Source: Leucoraja ocellata
Taxonomy: Eukaryota
Direction of reading: 5' to 3'
Length of the DNA stretch: 64,000 nucleotides
Assembly (NCBI GenBank): GCA_036785375.1
Contig: JAWMAR010000481.1
Span: forward strand, 1,240,001-1,304,000
The position numbers were made by a program, and so were the translations under genes. Positions within the stretch are counted from its first letter, which is position 1, and each line of letters begins with the position of its first letter. The notes under the pieces are model-generated. The model saw only the letters and a list, made by a program, of their open reading frames with translations, was not told the origin of the DNA and did not search any database. Of the stretch, positions 22,290 to 36,200 are shown one piece after another.

Positions 22290-25140
22290 AGCTGAGGATG
22301 TTGCCAGGACTTTTACGAGGATGTTGCCAGGATGTTGCCAGGACTCGAGGGTGTGAGCTACAGGGAGAGGTTGAGCAGGGTGGGTCTCTATTCTATGGAG
22401 CGTACGAGGATGAGGGGTGATCTTATAGAGATGTACAAAATCATAAGAGGAATAGATCGGGTGGGTGTACAGAGTCTTTTACCCAGAGTAGGGGAATCGA
22501 GGACCAGTGCACATGGGTTCAAGGTGATGGGGAAAAGATTTAAAAGGAATCGAGGGGTAACGTTTTCACACAGAGGTTGGTGGGTGTATGGAACAAACTG
22601 CCAGAGGAGGTAGTCCATCGTTTAAGAAACAGTTGGACAGGTACATGGGTAGGGCAGGTTTGGAGGGATATGGACCAAGTGCAGGCAAGTGGGACTAGGG
22701 TAGTTGGGACATTGTTGGCCGGTGTGGGCATGTTGGGCCGAAGGGCCTGTTTCCGCACTGTATTAATCTATGACTCTATGAGTGCACCAAATACACCAGA
22801 TACTGGGCTAAAACGCATCAGGAGAGGAGTACATGAACAGGTTCCGAAAAGAATACAACTGATACTGAAGAGTCAACTCCAGCACCTGATCCAAATGGCA
22901 TAGGTCAGAGGGCCAAACATTGCAGGAAAGCCCATGGGGCCAGGTATTGGAGGAACACACCTCGGGGAAAAGACATTGGGGCATGACCAGACAATGGTAG
23001 GCCTCCGGTGAGTGTTGTAGAACAGAGGGATCTAGGATTACAGGTGCATGGTTCCTTGAAGGTGTAGTCGCAGATAGTTCGGGTGGTCAAAAATACTTTT
23101 GACACATTGGATTCATCAGTCAGTGTATTGAGTATAGAAGTTGAGAGGTCATGGAAGGTCATGTTTAACTAATCTTCTTGAATTTTTTGAAGATGTTACT
23201 CGGGAAATTGATGAGGGTAAAGCAGTGGATGTTGTGTATATGGACTTTAGTAAGGCCTTTGACAAGGTTCCTCATGGAAGGTTGGTTAAGAAGGTTCAAT
23301 GGTTGGGTATTAATGGTGGAGTAGCAAGATGGATTCAACAGTGGCTGAATGGGAGATGCCAGAGAGTAATGGTGGATGGTTGTTTGTCAGGTTGGAGGCC
23401 AGTGAAGAGTGGGGTGCCACAGGGATCTGTGTTGGGTCCACTGTTTTTTGTCATGTACATCAATGATCTGGATGATGGTGTGGTAAATTGGATTAGTAAG
23501 TATGCAGATGATACTAAGTTAGGTGGGGTTGCGGGTAATGAAGTAGAGTTTCAAAGTCTACAGAGAGATTTATGCCAGTTGGAAGAGTGGGCTGAAAGAT
23601 GGCAGATGGAGTTTAATGCTGATAAGTGTGAGGTGCTACATCTTGGCAGGACAAATCAAAATAGGACGTACATGGTAAATGGTAGGGAATTGAAGAATGT
23701 AGGTGAACAGAGGGATCTGGGAATAACTGTGCACAGTTCCCTGAAAGTGGAATCTCATGTAGATAGGGTGGTAAAGAAAGCTTTTGGTGTGCTGGCCTTT
23801 ATAAATCAGAGCATTGAGTATAGAAGTTGGGATGTAATGTTAAAATTGTACAAGGTATTGGTGAGGCCAATTCTGAAGTATGGTGTCATTTTTGGTCGCC
23901 TAATTATAGGAAGGATGTCAACAAATTAGAGAGAGTACAGAGGAGATTTACTAGAATGTTGCCTGGGTTTCAGCACCTAAGTTACAGAGAAAGGTTGAAC
24001 AAGTTAGGGCTTTATTCTTTGGAGCACAGAAGGTTAAGGGAGGACTTGATAGAGGTTTTTAAAATGATGATAGGGATAGACAGAGTTGACGTGGAAAAGC
24101 TTTTCCCACTGAGAGTAGGGAAGATTCAAACAAGGGGACATGACTTGAGAATTAAGGGACTGAAGTTTAGGGGTAACATGAGAGGGAACTTCTTTACTCA
24201 GAGAGTGGTAGCTGTGTGGAATGAGCTTCCAGTGAAGGTGGTGGAGGCAGGCTTGTTTTTATCATTTAAAAATAAATTGGATAGTTATATGGATGGGAAG
24301 GGAATGGAGGGTTATGGTCTGAGCGCAGGTATATGAGACTAGGGGAGGTTATGTGTTCGGCACGGACTAGAAGGGTCGAGATGGCCTGTTTCCGTGCTGT
24401 AATTGTTATATGGTTATTATATGGTCATGTTCGATTTCTCTGACTCAGAGGGGGGTGGAGGCAGGTTCTCTGGATATTTTTAAGAGAGAGCTCTTAAAGA
24501 TGGCGGAGTCAGGGGATATGGGGAGGAGGCAGGAACGGGCTACTGATTGTGGATGATCAGCCATGATCGCATTGAGTGGCGGTGCTGGCTCGAAGGGCCG
24601 AATGGCCTTTTCCTGCACCTATTGTTTATTGTCTATTATATGTCATTGATGGGACCACATTTAGAGTATTGTGTTCAGTTCTGGGCACAATGTTATTGGG
24701 AAGATGTTAACAAGCTGGAAAGGGTACAGAGAAGATTTATGAGGATGTTGCCAGGATATCAGGGTCGGCTATAGGGAGAGGTTACGTAGGCTGGGACATT
24801 AATCCTTGGAGCGCAGGAGTTTGAATGGTGACCTTATAGAGGTGTACAAAATCATGAGAGGAATAGATTGGGTAGATGCATAGAGTCTTTTGCCCAGAGT
24901 AGGGGAATCGAGTACCAGAAGACATAGGTTCAAGGTGTAGGGGAAAAGATTGAATAGGAATCTGAGAGGTAAACTTTTCCACACAGGGTGGTGGGTGTAT
25001 GGAATGAACTGCCGGAGGAGGTAGTTGATGCTGGGACTATCCCAATATTTAAGATACAGTTGGACAGGTACATAGATAGGACAGGGTTGGAAGGATGTGG
25101 GCCAAACACAGGCAGGTGGGACTAGTGTAGCTGGGACATG
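22290..25140 (+). mobile_element. Mosaic of old CR1 3' fragments
   Basis: MLPGLEG.SYRERL..GLYS.E..R.RGDLIE.YKI.RG.D motifs (22332, 24547-25140). Confidence 0.75.
23154..24422 (+). mobile_element. Young 5'-truncated CR1 (present in unit 1, absent from unit 2), TSD GGTCATG
   Basis: RT ORF 23141..23929 (SGVPQGSVLGP, YADDTK); TSD at 23147-23153 and 24423-24429; empty site at ~53756. Confidence 0.9.
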
Positions 25141-25144
25141 GAAA

Positions 25145-25890
25145 CAATTCATGAAATCAATATTCATACTGCTGGGTTGTAAGCTGTCCAAGTGAAATAT
25201 GAGATGTTGTTCCTCCAATTTGTGTTTCATCTCACTCTGACAGTGGAGGAGGCCCAGGACAGACGGGTCAGTGTGGGAATGGGACGGGGAATTAAAGTGT
25301 TTGGCAACCGGGAGATCAGGTTGGTCCAGGCGGACTGAGCGAAGGTGTTCAGCGAAACGATCGCCCAGTCTACGTTTGGTCTCGCAGATGTATTAGAGTC
25401 CACACCTTGAACAGTGGATACAGTAGATGAGGTTGGAGGAGGTGCAAGTGAAGTGAACTAACATTTATTTCCCATCCACAACCGCCTTTGAACTGGATGT
25501 TTCCGAGGGCCATTTCAGAGCTGATGCGGGTCGGCTACATAACTGGGGGCCTGGAGTCACATAACAAGACCAGGTAAAGTCAGCAGATGCTCTTCCCTGA
25601 AGCTTATAGTCATGGGTTTAGACACCAATGGTAGACAAAATGCTGGAGAAACTCAGTGGGTGAGGCAGCATCTACGGAGCGAAGGAATAGGTGATGTTTC
25701 AGGTTGAGACCCTTCTTCAGACTGAAGTGTGGCGGGGGGGGGGGGGGGGGGGAGAAGAAAGGAAGAGACGGGGACAGTGGGTTGTGGGCTGTGGGAGAGC
25801 TGGGGAGGGGAGGGGAAAGAGTGAGAAAGCAAGGACTACCTGAAATAGCGGTATGAACATTGAACTCTCCAATTTCAGGTAAGGAATACA
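25145..25890 (-). mobile_element. Penelope-like element remnant (GIY-YIG endonuclease fragment + pseudo-LTR)
   Basis: Paralog of 54465-55200, whose ORF reads FTCTSSNLIYCIHC..C...ETKRRLGDRF...PVAKHFN. Confidence 0.75.
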
Positions 25891-25906
25891 CATAAGGAAT
25901 ACACGT

Positions 25907-27245
25907 ATCCATGTTATGGTAGCAGCTGGCTACTCTTGTCCCGCCTTCCATATTTGTAACTGCTTTACAGAGGAAGCTGGTGGATTTCTTTTGGGGAAAT
26001 AGGAAGCACTGGGTTTCCGCAGCGGTTCTGAGTCTCCCGTTAGAGGAGGGCGGCCAGTCCTTGGTGTGTGTGCATACCCAGGTGGTGGCTCTCCATCTCA
26101 GGACTCTGCGGAGGTACATGTATGTAGAGAACCCCCCCAGATGGCACGTTTTGGACACGTATTGTTTCCGTCGGGGTCGTTGCCTAAGGGGGGGTCTCAC
26201 GGCTCCCGGTGGCGGGCATCAGTCGACCCGCCCTAAGGGGCTTGCCTGTTTTCTACTGGGATGTGCTAAGAGTGAGGAATTTGGCTGTTTTCAGCCAGCG
26301 TGTTGCTCCACAAGGGGAAGGGGATGTTGCGGCTGCGGGAGTGGCCGGTCCTCACTCTGTCATGGCGAGTGTCGAGGAGAGGCACGTGCCTAGAGTGGTT
26401 CTGAATGAGCTTTCACCCGCATCATCAGATCTGCTCATCGGGCCTCGACTCTGGGATATTTCTTGGGAACCGGCTCCACACAACCTGAGCCGCCTCTCTG
26501 AGATGACCAGCATGCCGTTTCATGATGCGAAGAGACGCTCACTGTACAGAATGTTCCTGTACTTTCTGCACCTCCTTGCCTTCATCTCCTGCCCTGACAC
26601 ACCATGGCAGTCTGTGTTCCCACCCAAAGGTGGGAAAGGTCCCCAGTGGGGGTCCATCTATAAGGGAGTTGTCCCCCTTTACATTGGGGACCTGGGGTGG
26701 AGAGTGCTGCATAGAGCGGTGGCGTGTAATAAACTTTAGAGTCGGTTCATGGGCTCGTCTACCACCTGTATTTTCTGCAGCCAGGAAGAGAGCTTGTTCC
26801 TATTGTTATATATATGAAAGGGTTGTTCCTCAAGCTCTGGTTGCATTTTAGTCCTACGATTCTTGTGTTTGGACAAAAGGCAGGGTGTGGGGAGAGCCAA
26901 GTGGGGGGGGTGGGGGTGGGACTTCCCTGTCGGTTTGCTCCTGGGCCTGGCCAAGATGGCCATTGGCGGGTCCAGGCAGCGGGTGGTCGAGGGTCAGGCT
27001 AGAGTCGGATGCCTGCCCCTCTTTCGGGCCTATGTCCGTGCACGTGTGTCCCTGGAGAGGGAACACGCGGTGTCCACGGGGACTCTGGAGGTATTCCGTG
27101 GGCGCTGGTCACCGCGTGGGGTTGAGAGTATTGTAAACAATGAATGCACATTTGTACTATAATGATTATTTGATATAGTGTAATTTCTGATTATGTTTTG
27201 GTCTGTTGTATCATATGCCTGTGATGACTGTGTCGAATAAAGTTT
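25907..27245 (+). mobile_element. Tx1-clade LINE 3' part (unit 1; ~1.5 kb shorter at the 5' side than the unit-2 copy); its tail continues at 42673
   Basis: ORFs 25980-27162 match the Tx1 at 56750-58002. Confidence 0.8.
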
Positions 27246-28653
27246 ATTTATTTATTTATTTATTTTCATTTTATTTTTATTAGCAGTACAGTAAATCACA
27301 TTAATACATCGCATATATCTTATTACATTATGTTGTACCACTTCATTTTTTGAGCTTTAAAAAAGATAGAAACAAAAGAAGTAAGGAAAGTAAGCAACAA
27401 TCGTGAAGGTGCAGGAAAGTGTTGGGAGAAAGGAACCCCTTAGGGAAGGAATTAGAGAAGGAAGTAAAGAAAATAAATAAGACCCTAGAAAGAAAAGAAA
27501 AAAAAGAAGAAAGGAAAATCAATCGCTCTATTGTAACAAAAAACTCCGCAAAAAAGGATATACCAACCGTGTTTTTATTAAAAAATTATTTTATACCCCC
27601 CGTTACCAGGTCCTGGTAGCCTTTATGTTTTAACTTATTATTGCAGCTTATGCTTGTAATAGTTCCATAAATGCAGACCACGTCTTTTGGAAGTGATCTG
27701 CTTTGCCTGCTAGGAGGAGTCTCATCTCTTCCAAGTGTAGTGTTTCGAACATGTTTGAAATCCACATTTTTGTTGTTGGTATTGAAGCATTTTTCCAAAA
27801 TTTAAGTATAAGCTTTTTTCCCATTGTTAGCCCATAATTAAGTAAGTTCTTTTGAAACATATTTAATTCTGGGTTACCTTACGATATTCCAAAAATGATC
27901 CATTCTACTTTGGGTAGTAGTTTTGTTTTAAATAAGTTTGTAAAGATTTCAAATATTTTGTTCCAGAATTTTTGAATTTTTATACAGAAAACAAAAGAGT
28001 GCGCTATGTTAGCTTCTTGTAACTGACATTTATCACAAATGCGTGAGACATTGGGGAAAAGTTTATTTATTTTAGTTTTTGAATAATATAGTCTATGTAA
28101 TGTTTTATATTGGATTAGAGTATGTCGTACATTGATCGAGCATTTATGCACATATAATAAGTGTTTATCCCAGCTCTCTTTTGAAATTTTTATAGCTAGT
28201 TCTTGTTCCCAGTCTCTTCTAATATTATCTGTTGTAGGTATTTCTATATTCAATATAATATTATATAAGTACGATATTAGATTTGCTGATTCAGCCTTTA
28301 TCTTCATGGCTTCATCTAATAAGTCTGGGGGCATATTATAATAGTCTTTTGTATATTTTTTCAGATAATCACGGATTTGAAGATATTTAAAATATTGATT
28401 ATTTTTCAAGTTATATTTCAGTTGTAATTGTTGAAATGGTAATAATTTCCCTAATTCATACGTCTCCGAGCGTTTTGATTCCCGTTCTTTCCCATTGGGT
28501 AAATGATTTATCTATAATTGAGGGTTTAAACGAAGGGTTATTGGCTATTGGCATTAGCAGAGATAGATTTCTTAATTTTAAGTTCTGTTTTATTTGTTTC
28601 CAAGTTCTAATTGTACTATGTATCATTGGATTTTTATTATAATTTTTGTTATT

Positions 28654-31600
28654 CAAATTCCGGGGAGCCGTTGGTGAGAGGAGGAGTTACCTGGAGCTGT
28701 TAGTATAAAAACAGCGCGGGGTTTGCTTCTACAGAGGCCCGGGGAGCCGTTGGCGAGAGGAGGACTTACCTGGAGCTGTGAGTTACCCAAATCTGCAATG
28801 TTCCATCTCACTTCCAGAGAAGGATTCTGATTCTGGTGGAAGCCTCTGATTGGTGGAAGAGGACCAGAGGAAGCAGCTGATTGGCTTGTATCCCGGTAAG
28901 GCTTTATTGTATTTGGATAAGGGGGAGAATGAAGGCCAGGGCAGTTTACTGTTCTGGATGTCAGATGTGGGAGGTCATGTAGTCGGAGTGCCCTCCAGAC
29001 TTCCACATCTGCGCAAGGTGCGTCGAGATGGGGCTCCTAAGGGACCGTGTCAGGAACCTGGAACAGCAACTCGATGACCTCTGTCTGCTCAGGGAGAGCG
29101 AGGAGGTCATAGAAAGGAGTTACAGGGAGGTGGTCACTCCAAGACCATGGGAGACAGAAAACTGGGTCACAGTTAGGAAGGGCAACGGGCAGAGGCAGGG
29201 ACTGGTGAGTACCCCGGTGGCTGTACACCTTGAAAATAAGTACTCATGCTTGAGTAAGGGTGGGGGAGACAGCCTACCTGGGGGCAGCGACAGCGGCCGG
29301 GCCTCTGGCACAAAGACCGGTCCTGTTGCTCAGAAGGGTAAGGAAAAGAAGGGGAGGGCAATTGTAATAGGGGACTCTATAGTCAGGGGGTCGCATAGGC
29401 GATTCTGTGGATGCAGACAGGAGTCCCGGATGGTAGTTTGCCTCCCTGGTGCCAGGGTCAGGGATGTGTCTGAACGTGTCCAAGAAATCCTGAAATGGGA
29501 GGGAGAGGAGCCTGAGTTGGGGTGCATATAGGTACCAACGACATAGGGAAAAAAAGAGAAGAGGTCCTGAAAGAAGAATTTAGGGAGTTAGGTAGAGAGT
29601 TAAGGAGAAGGACTAGAAAGGTAACAATCTCAGGATTACTGCCTGTGCCACGCGACAGTGAGAGTAGGAATGGAGCGAGGTGGAGGATAAATGCGTGGAT
29701 GAGGGACTGGTGCAGTGGGTATGGATTCGAGTTTCTGGATCATTGGGACCTCTTTAGGGGAAGGTGCGACCTGTACAGAAAGGACGGGTTGCACTTGAAC
29801 TCAAGGGGGACCAATATCCTGGCGGGGAGATTTGCAAAGGCTACTGGGGAGACTTTAAACTAGTATGGTTGGGGGGAGGGACTCAAATTGGGAAAGCTAG
29901 CAGTCAGTGTGTGAAGCAGGGGGCAGAGAATGGTAGCACTCTGACCCAAAATGTAGGGGAGAGAGAAGAAAAAGAAAATAATCAGAGAATAAGAGAAGGT
30001 GGTTTCTTAAATGTGTATATTTTAATGCTAGGAGCATTGTAAGAAAAGTGGATGAACTTAGAGCCTGGATTGACACCTGGAAGTATGATGTTGTGGCGAT
30101 CAGTGAAACATGGTTGCAGGAGGGCTGTGATTGGAAACTAAATATTCCAGGATTTCGTTGCTTCAGGTGTGATAGAATTGGAGGGGCAAGAGGTGGAGGT
30201 GTTGCATTGCTTATCAGGGAAGATATTACAGCAGTGCTTTGGCAGGATAGATTAGAGGGCTCGTCTAGGGAGGCTATTTGGGTGGAACTGAGAAATGGGA
30301 AAGGGGTAGCAACACTTATAGGGGAGTATTATAGACCGCCAAATGGGGAGCGAGAATTGGAAGAGCAAATATGTAAGGAGATTGCAGATATTAGTAGTAA
30401 GCACAAGGCAGTGATTGTGGGAGATTTCAATTTTCCACAAATAGACTGGGAAACACATTCTGTAAATGGGCTGGATGGGTTGGAGTTTGTAAAATATGTG
30501 CAGGATAGTTTTTTGCAACAATACATAGAAGTACCTATTAGAGAAAGGGCGGTACTGGACCTCCTGTTAGGAAATGAGATGGGTCAGGTGGCAGAGGTAT
30601 GCGTTGGGGAACAGTTCGGGTCCAGTGATCACAATACCATTAGTTTCAATATAATTATGGAGAGGGACAAAAATGGACCTAGGGTTGAGATTTTTGATTG
30701 GAGAAAGGCTAACTTTGAGGAGATGCGAAAGGATTTAAAAGGAGTAAATTGGGACAGTTTGTTTTATGGGAAAGGTGTGGAAGAGAAATGGAGTACATTT
30801 AAAGGTGAAATTTTAAGAGTACAGAATCTTTATGTCCCTGTTCGGTTGAAAGGAAATCGTAAAAATTATAAAGAGCCATGGTTTTCAAGGGAAATTGGAC
30901 ACTTGGTTCGGAAAAAGAGGGAGATCTACAATAATTATATTCAGCATGGAGTAAATGAGGTGCTGGAGGAGTATAAAGAATGTAAAAAGAATCTTAAGAA
31001 AGAAATTAGAAAAGCTAAAAGAAGATATGAGGTTGCTTTGGCAAGTAAGGTAAAAGTAAATCCGAAGGGTTTCTACCGCTATATTAATAGCAAAAGGATA
31101 ACGAGGGATAAAATTGGTCCATTAGAGAGTCAGAGTGGACATCTATCTGCAGAGCCAAAAGAGATGGGGGAGATATTGAACAGTTTCTTTTCTTCGGTAG
31201 TCACCAAGGAGAAGGATATTGAATTATGTGAGGTAAGGGAAACAAGTAGAGTAGCTATGGAAACTATGAGGTTCAAAGTAAAAGAAGTACTGACACTTTT
31301 GAGAAATATAAAAGTGGATAAGTCTCCAGGTCTGGACAGGATATTCCCTAGGACATTGAGGAAAGTTAGTGTAGAAATAGCAGGGGCTATGGCAGAAATA
31401 TTTAAAATGTCATTAGAAACAGGAATAGTGCCGGAGGATTGGCGTACTGCGCATGTTGTTCCATTGTTTAAAAAGGGGTCTAAGAGTAAACCTAGCAATT
31501 ATAGACCTGTTAGTTTGACGTCAGTGGTGGGCAAATTAATGGAAAGAATACTTAGAGATAATATATATAAGCATCTGGATAAACAGTGTCTGATTAGGAA

Positions 31601-32910
31601 CAGTCAACATGGATTTGTGCCTGGAAGGTCATGTTTAACTAATCTTCTTGAATTTTTTGAAGATGTTACTCGGGAAATTGATGAGGGTAAAGCAGTGGAT
31701 GTTGTGTATATGGACTTCAGTAAGGCCTTTGACAAGGTTCCTCATGGAATGTTGGTTAAGAAGGTTCAATGGTTGGGTATTAATGGTGGAGTAGCAAGAT
31801 GGATTCAACAGTGGCTGAATGGGAGATGCCAGAGAGTAATGGTGGATGGTTGTTTGTCAGGTTGGAGGCCAGTGACGAGTGGGGTGCCACAGGGATCTGT
31901 GTTGGGTCCACTGTTGTTTGTCATGTACATCAATGATCTGGATGATGGTGTGGTAAATTGGATTAGTAAGTATGCAGATGATACTAAGATAGGTGGGGTT
32001 GCGGGTAATGAAGTAGAGTTTCAAAGTCTACAGAGAGATTTATGCCAGTTGGAAGAGTGGGCTGAAAGATGGCAGATGGAGTTTAATGCTGATAAGTGTG
32101 AGGTGCTACATCTTGGCAGGACAAATCAAAATAGGACGTACATGGTAAATGGTAGGGAATTGAAGAATGTAGGTGAACAGAGGGATCTGGGAATAACTGT
32201 GCACAGTTCCCTGAAAGTGGAATCTCATGTAGATAGGGTGGGAAAGAAAGCTTTTGGTATGCTGGCCTTTATAAATCAGAGCATTGAGTATAGAAGTTGG
32301 GATGTAATGTTAAAATTGTACAAGGCATTGGTGAGGCCAATTCTGGAGTATGGTGTACAATTTTGGTCGCCTAATTATAGGAAGGATGTCAACAAAAGAG
32401 AGAGTACAGAGGAGATTTACTAGAATGTTGCCTGGGTTTCAGCAACTAAGTTATAGAGAAAGGTTGAACAAGTTAGGGCTTTATTCTTTGGAGCACAGAA
32501 GGTTAAGGGGGGACTTGATAGAGGTTTTTTAAATGATGAGAGGGATAGACAGAGTTGACGTGGAAAAGCTTTTCCCACTGAGAGTAGGGAAGATTCAAAC
32601 AAGGGGACATGACTTGAGAATTAAGGGACTGAAGTTTAGGGGTAACGTGAGGGGGAACGTCTTTACTCAGAGAGTGGTAGCTGTGTGGAATGAGCTTCCA
32701 GTGAAGGTGGTGGAGGCAGGCTTGTTTTTATCATTTAAAAATAAATTGGATAGTTATATGGATGGGAAGAGAATGGAGGGTTATGGTCTGAGCGCAGGTA
32801 TATGGGACTAGGGGAGATTATGTGTTCGGCACGGACTAGAAGGGTCGAGATGGCCTGTTTCCGTGCTGTAATTGTTATATGGTTATATGGTTATATGGTT
32901 ATATGGTTAT
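28654..32910 (+). mobile_element. Near full-length CR1 LINE nested in L1 ORF2 (ORF1 zinc finger + SGNH esterase, ORF2 APE-RT)
   Basis: ORF1 pieces IVIGDSIVRG, HIGTND, DGLHLN; ORF2 30048..32423; (TTATATGG)n tail; 5'UTR repeat cggggagccgttgg at ~28661 and ~28740. Confidence 0.93.
30048..32423 (+). CDS. CR1 ORF2 endonuclease/reverse transcriptase (frameshifted near both ends)
   Basis: ISETWL, YRPP, GDFN, SDHN, NYRPVSLTS, SGVPQGSVLGP, YADDTK. Confidence 0.88.
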   Translation: MDELRAWIDTWKYDVVAISETWLQEGCDWKLNIPGFRCFRCDRIGGARGGGVALLIREDITAVLWQDRLEGSSREAIWVELRNGKGVATLIGEYYRPPNGERELEEQICKEIADISSKHKAVIVGDFNFPQIDWETHSVNGLDGLEFVKYVQDSFLQQYIEVPIRERAVLDLLLGNEMGQVAEVCVGEQFGSSDHNTISFNIIMERDKNGPRVEIFDWRKANFEEMRKDLKGVNWDSLFYGKGVEEKWSTFKGEILRVQNLYVPVRLKGNRKNYKEPWFSREIGHLVRKKREIYNNYIQHGVNEVLEEYKECKKNLKKEIRKAKRRYEVALASKVKVNPKGFYRYINSKRITRDKIGPLESQSGHLSAEPKEMGEILNSFFSSVVTKEKDIELCEVRETSRVAMETMRFKVKEVLTLLRNIKVDKSPGLDRIFPRTLRKVSVEIAGAMAEIFKMSLETGIVPEDWRTAHVVPLFKKGSKSKPSNYRPVSLTSVVGKLMERILRDNIYKHLDKQCLIRNSQHGFVPGRSCLTNLLEFFEDVTREIDEGKAVDVVYMDFSKAFDKVPHGMLVKKVQWLGINGGVARWIQQWLNGRCQRVMVDGCLSGWRPVTSGVPQGSVLGPLLFVMYINDLDDGVVNWISKYADDTKIGGVAGNEVEFQSLQRDLCQLEEWAERWQMEFNADKCEVLHLGRTNQNRTYMVNGRELKNVGEQRDLGITVHSSLKVESHVDRVGKKAFGMLAFINQSIEYRSWDVMLKLYKALVRPILEYGVQFWSPNYRKDVNKRESTEEIY

Positions 32911-33232
32911 AGCAGGTGAATCATATTTTTAATATTTACCGCCCAATTATAGTATATAAAGTTAGGGAGCGCTAGACCACCCATCTCTTTTGGTTTACTA
33001 AGGTGTGCTCTTTGTATTCTGTGGGATTTATAATCCCATATAAAGTTTGTGATGTTTGAGTCTAATTTTTGGAAAAAAAATGTTGGAAGATGTATTGGAA
33101 TTGATTGAAATAAATATAGGATTTGTGGTAAAAAGATCATTTTTATAGCATTTATTCGACCTATTAAAGACATCGGCAGCGTTTTCCAGAATTTAATTAG
33201 ATTGTTCAATTTCTTAAGTAAGGGGCTATAAT

Positions 33233-36200
33233 AGTAAGATTAAACGAGAATTTACCAGTTTGAAGTTTGATCTGTATTTTATGAGGAGTTACGATGAGGG
33301 ATTACGTGCAGAACCCGCTCAGTGCGCAGGAGCGGCATACTTCCAAGCAGCGGTGTGGAATCACAGATAGACACAAGTATTTGAAGTAACATAGTAAAGA
33401 AAAAGAGACATCAATTTATCAGTTTGATCCATATAATGAGGGTGGGAGCGGAGGGCATCTTACTATTTTACTTCGGAGTCACGTGAGTGACTTCGTGAAG
33501 ATTTCAAAGCTCTGTGATTTCAAACCGTGTAACAGTTTTATTCACTCACTGCCGAAGTTCTTGAGGGAGGAAGTGTTATCGTAATTTAACCAATGAATCT
33601 GTTTTTCAAGAAAAACAAAAAGGTATTTATCAACAATAACAAAAATAAATTGCTCCCCCGGGCTTAAATTAAATATTTGCAGCTTCTAATATCTTTGCTG
33701 CAAATGAATCAGGTTTTATCAACGGCTTATTATAAAATGTTCTGAATGTTGATTTCCTCGACCATCCTGCTGTATTCAGGATGAGGTCAATAGGTACATC
33801 CATTCTTGCTGCCGTTGATATGGACGCTGCCCTAGTGGAATGAGATTTAAAGGTATTAATATCTATCCCGGCAGCTTTCAATACCTGTTTTAGCCATCTT
33901 GAGATGGTTTGGCTTGTTACCCGGCCATGAGGTTTTTTGGGGCTGAGCCATAAGGCTTGTTCACTCCCTCTGATGTTGTGGGTTGTGTCCATATACTGTA
34001 GTAGATGGGTCACCACACATATACGTGGCTCTGGTGGGTAGGCCCGGAATACCACTAGTGGATTGGATGTTCCTGGCCTGCTTTGTTTCACCAGACCTTG
34101 TAGAATGAATGTGATCTGATCTGGGGTTGTCTCCATGTTGTCCAGTCTCAATTTATGTAGTGACTGGACCCTCTGAGCGGATACAAGTGCCATCAGCATG
34201 AGCGTCTTCAGTGTTGATTGCTCGAGGCTGAGGGATCTAGCTGGTGGCCATTCCCGGAGGTATATCAGGACGACACTGATGTCCCAAATATGGGTATACC
34301 TGGCCTTGGGGGCTTAATATTATAGATGCCCCTCATCAGTTTTACCACCAGTGGATGGGATCCCATAGCCTGATGTCCTGCTGGTTTGAAGTAAGCGGAA
34401 AGAGCAATACGTGCCGTGTTGATGGCACTGTAGCTGATCCCTTCATGATGGTGTAGATAGGCCAGGAACTCCAATACATTGGTTACTGTGGCTGTTGCAT
34501 ATGATGTCCCTGTTTCCTGGCAGTGCTTTTCCCATTTTTTGATGCTGGTTAATTACTGCCTCTTGGTGGATGTTCGCAGGGATGCTGACATGGTGGTGAT
34601 GGTTTGTTCGGATAATCCCAGTTCCAGGTAAGGTCTGTTCAGAACCTACAACCCAGGAGTTTAATGTCTTCATGGCATGGGTGGCTTATGCCTGATACTG
34701 GGTGAGTTAATAGTCCTGGATGACTGGGAAACACCATAGGTGATTCTACCACCATGTCATGTAGTACTGGGAACCCTGGCTGTGTAGGCCAGTCGGGCAC
34801 CATCAAAATACCAGAAGCAGAGTCCATCTGTATTTTGCGAGGTACCCGACCGATGAGGCAGAAGGGGAGAAAGGCATAGAAAAATAACTTTCCCCAATCC
34901 AGCGTGAAGGCATCTACCGCTGCTGCCTCTGGGTCTGGTTCCCAAGCGACATACATAGGTAACTGGTGATTTAGTCTTGATGCAAATAAATCGATATCTG
35001 GCATTCCATATTGCTTGATAACTTTAGCAAATACTTTAGGGTTTAACATCCATTCGATGTTATCATTGAATTTGCGTGACCTGGTGTCTGCCACTGTGTT
35101 TAGCTTACCTGGTAGATAGGTAGCTGAAAGCCAAATATGTCTTTCGACACATCATTGCCAAATCATATTGACCAATTTGTCGCATGATAAAGATTTTATG
35201 CCGCCCATATGGTTAATATAAGCCACCACCGTAGTATTATCAATTTGTAACCGAACATGCAAGTGCTGCATATTGGATGTATATGCTTTTAAACCATAAA
35301 AGGCACCCAATATTTCTAAATAGTTAATGCCCAGTGTAGATAGTAATGATGACTCTGGGTTAGTCCATCTACCACCTGTGCTGGATATGGAGTTAGTTGC
35401 TCCCCAGCTTTGAGCACTGGCATCTGTCTGAAGAACTAAAGTAGGGTTAGTGATGATAATAGGACTAAAACTATGCCAAACATTTTGTGTCCACCACTGT
35501 AGCTCTGATATTGCTTCCGTGGGTAATATCATGACCCGATCATAGTGACCTCTATGTTGTTTTAGTGCCTGTACCTTTGCTCTCTGTAAATTTTGATAGT
35601 GCAAAGATCCAAATTATGCAGCCGGAAATGCTGCTACCATTTTACCAATCACTGTTGCTACTTGTCGAATAGTTGGTCTTTTGTTGACCATTAAATTATT
35701 GCATGATTGTGCTAATCCAATCATTTTTTCCCTTAGCAGGGTAACAGTCATATGGACTGAGTTAATTGTGAAATCCAGTTAGTCCATGATAGTGGATGGA
35801 TTTAACTTAGATTTACCTGGATGTAGGTCGAACCCCAGAGTTTCAAGGAGCTGTTTTGTAGCTGAGACTGCTGCCACAGCCAGTTCCATTGCTTTTGCCA
35901 CTATGAGGATATCATCCAAATATGCCATGACAATATGTTTTTGTTTCATTAGTATTGCCATGGCTGGCTTCAATATTTGTGAACAATCTTGGGGCTGACG
36001 TGAGCCCATTAGGCAGTGCTTTGTACTGCCACAGCTGCCCCATCCTCATAAATTTTAGATATCTGCAATGATCCTTGTGTATGGGTATTAGATAGTAAGC
36101 ATCTTTGAGATTAATGCTTGCCATGTAGTATCCTTTGGAAATCAATTGTCTAGCAGTAACAAATGTTTCCATTTTGAAATGTATATACTTAACAAACTTG

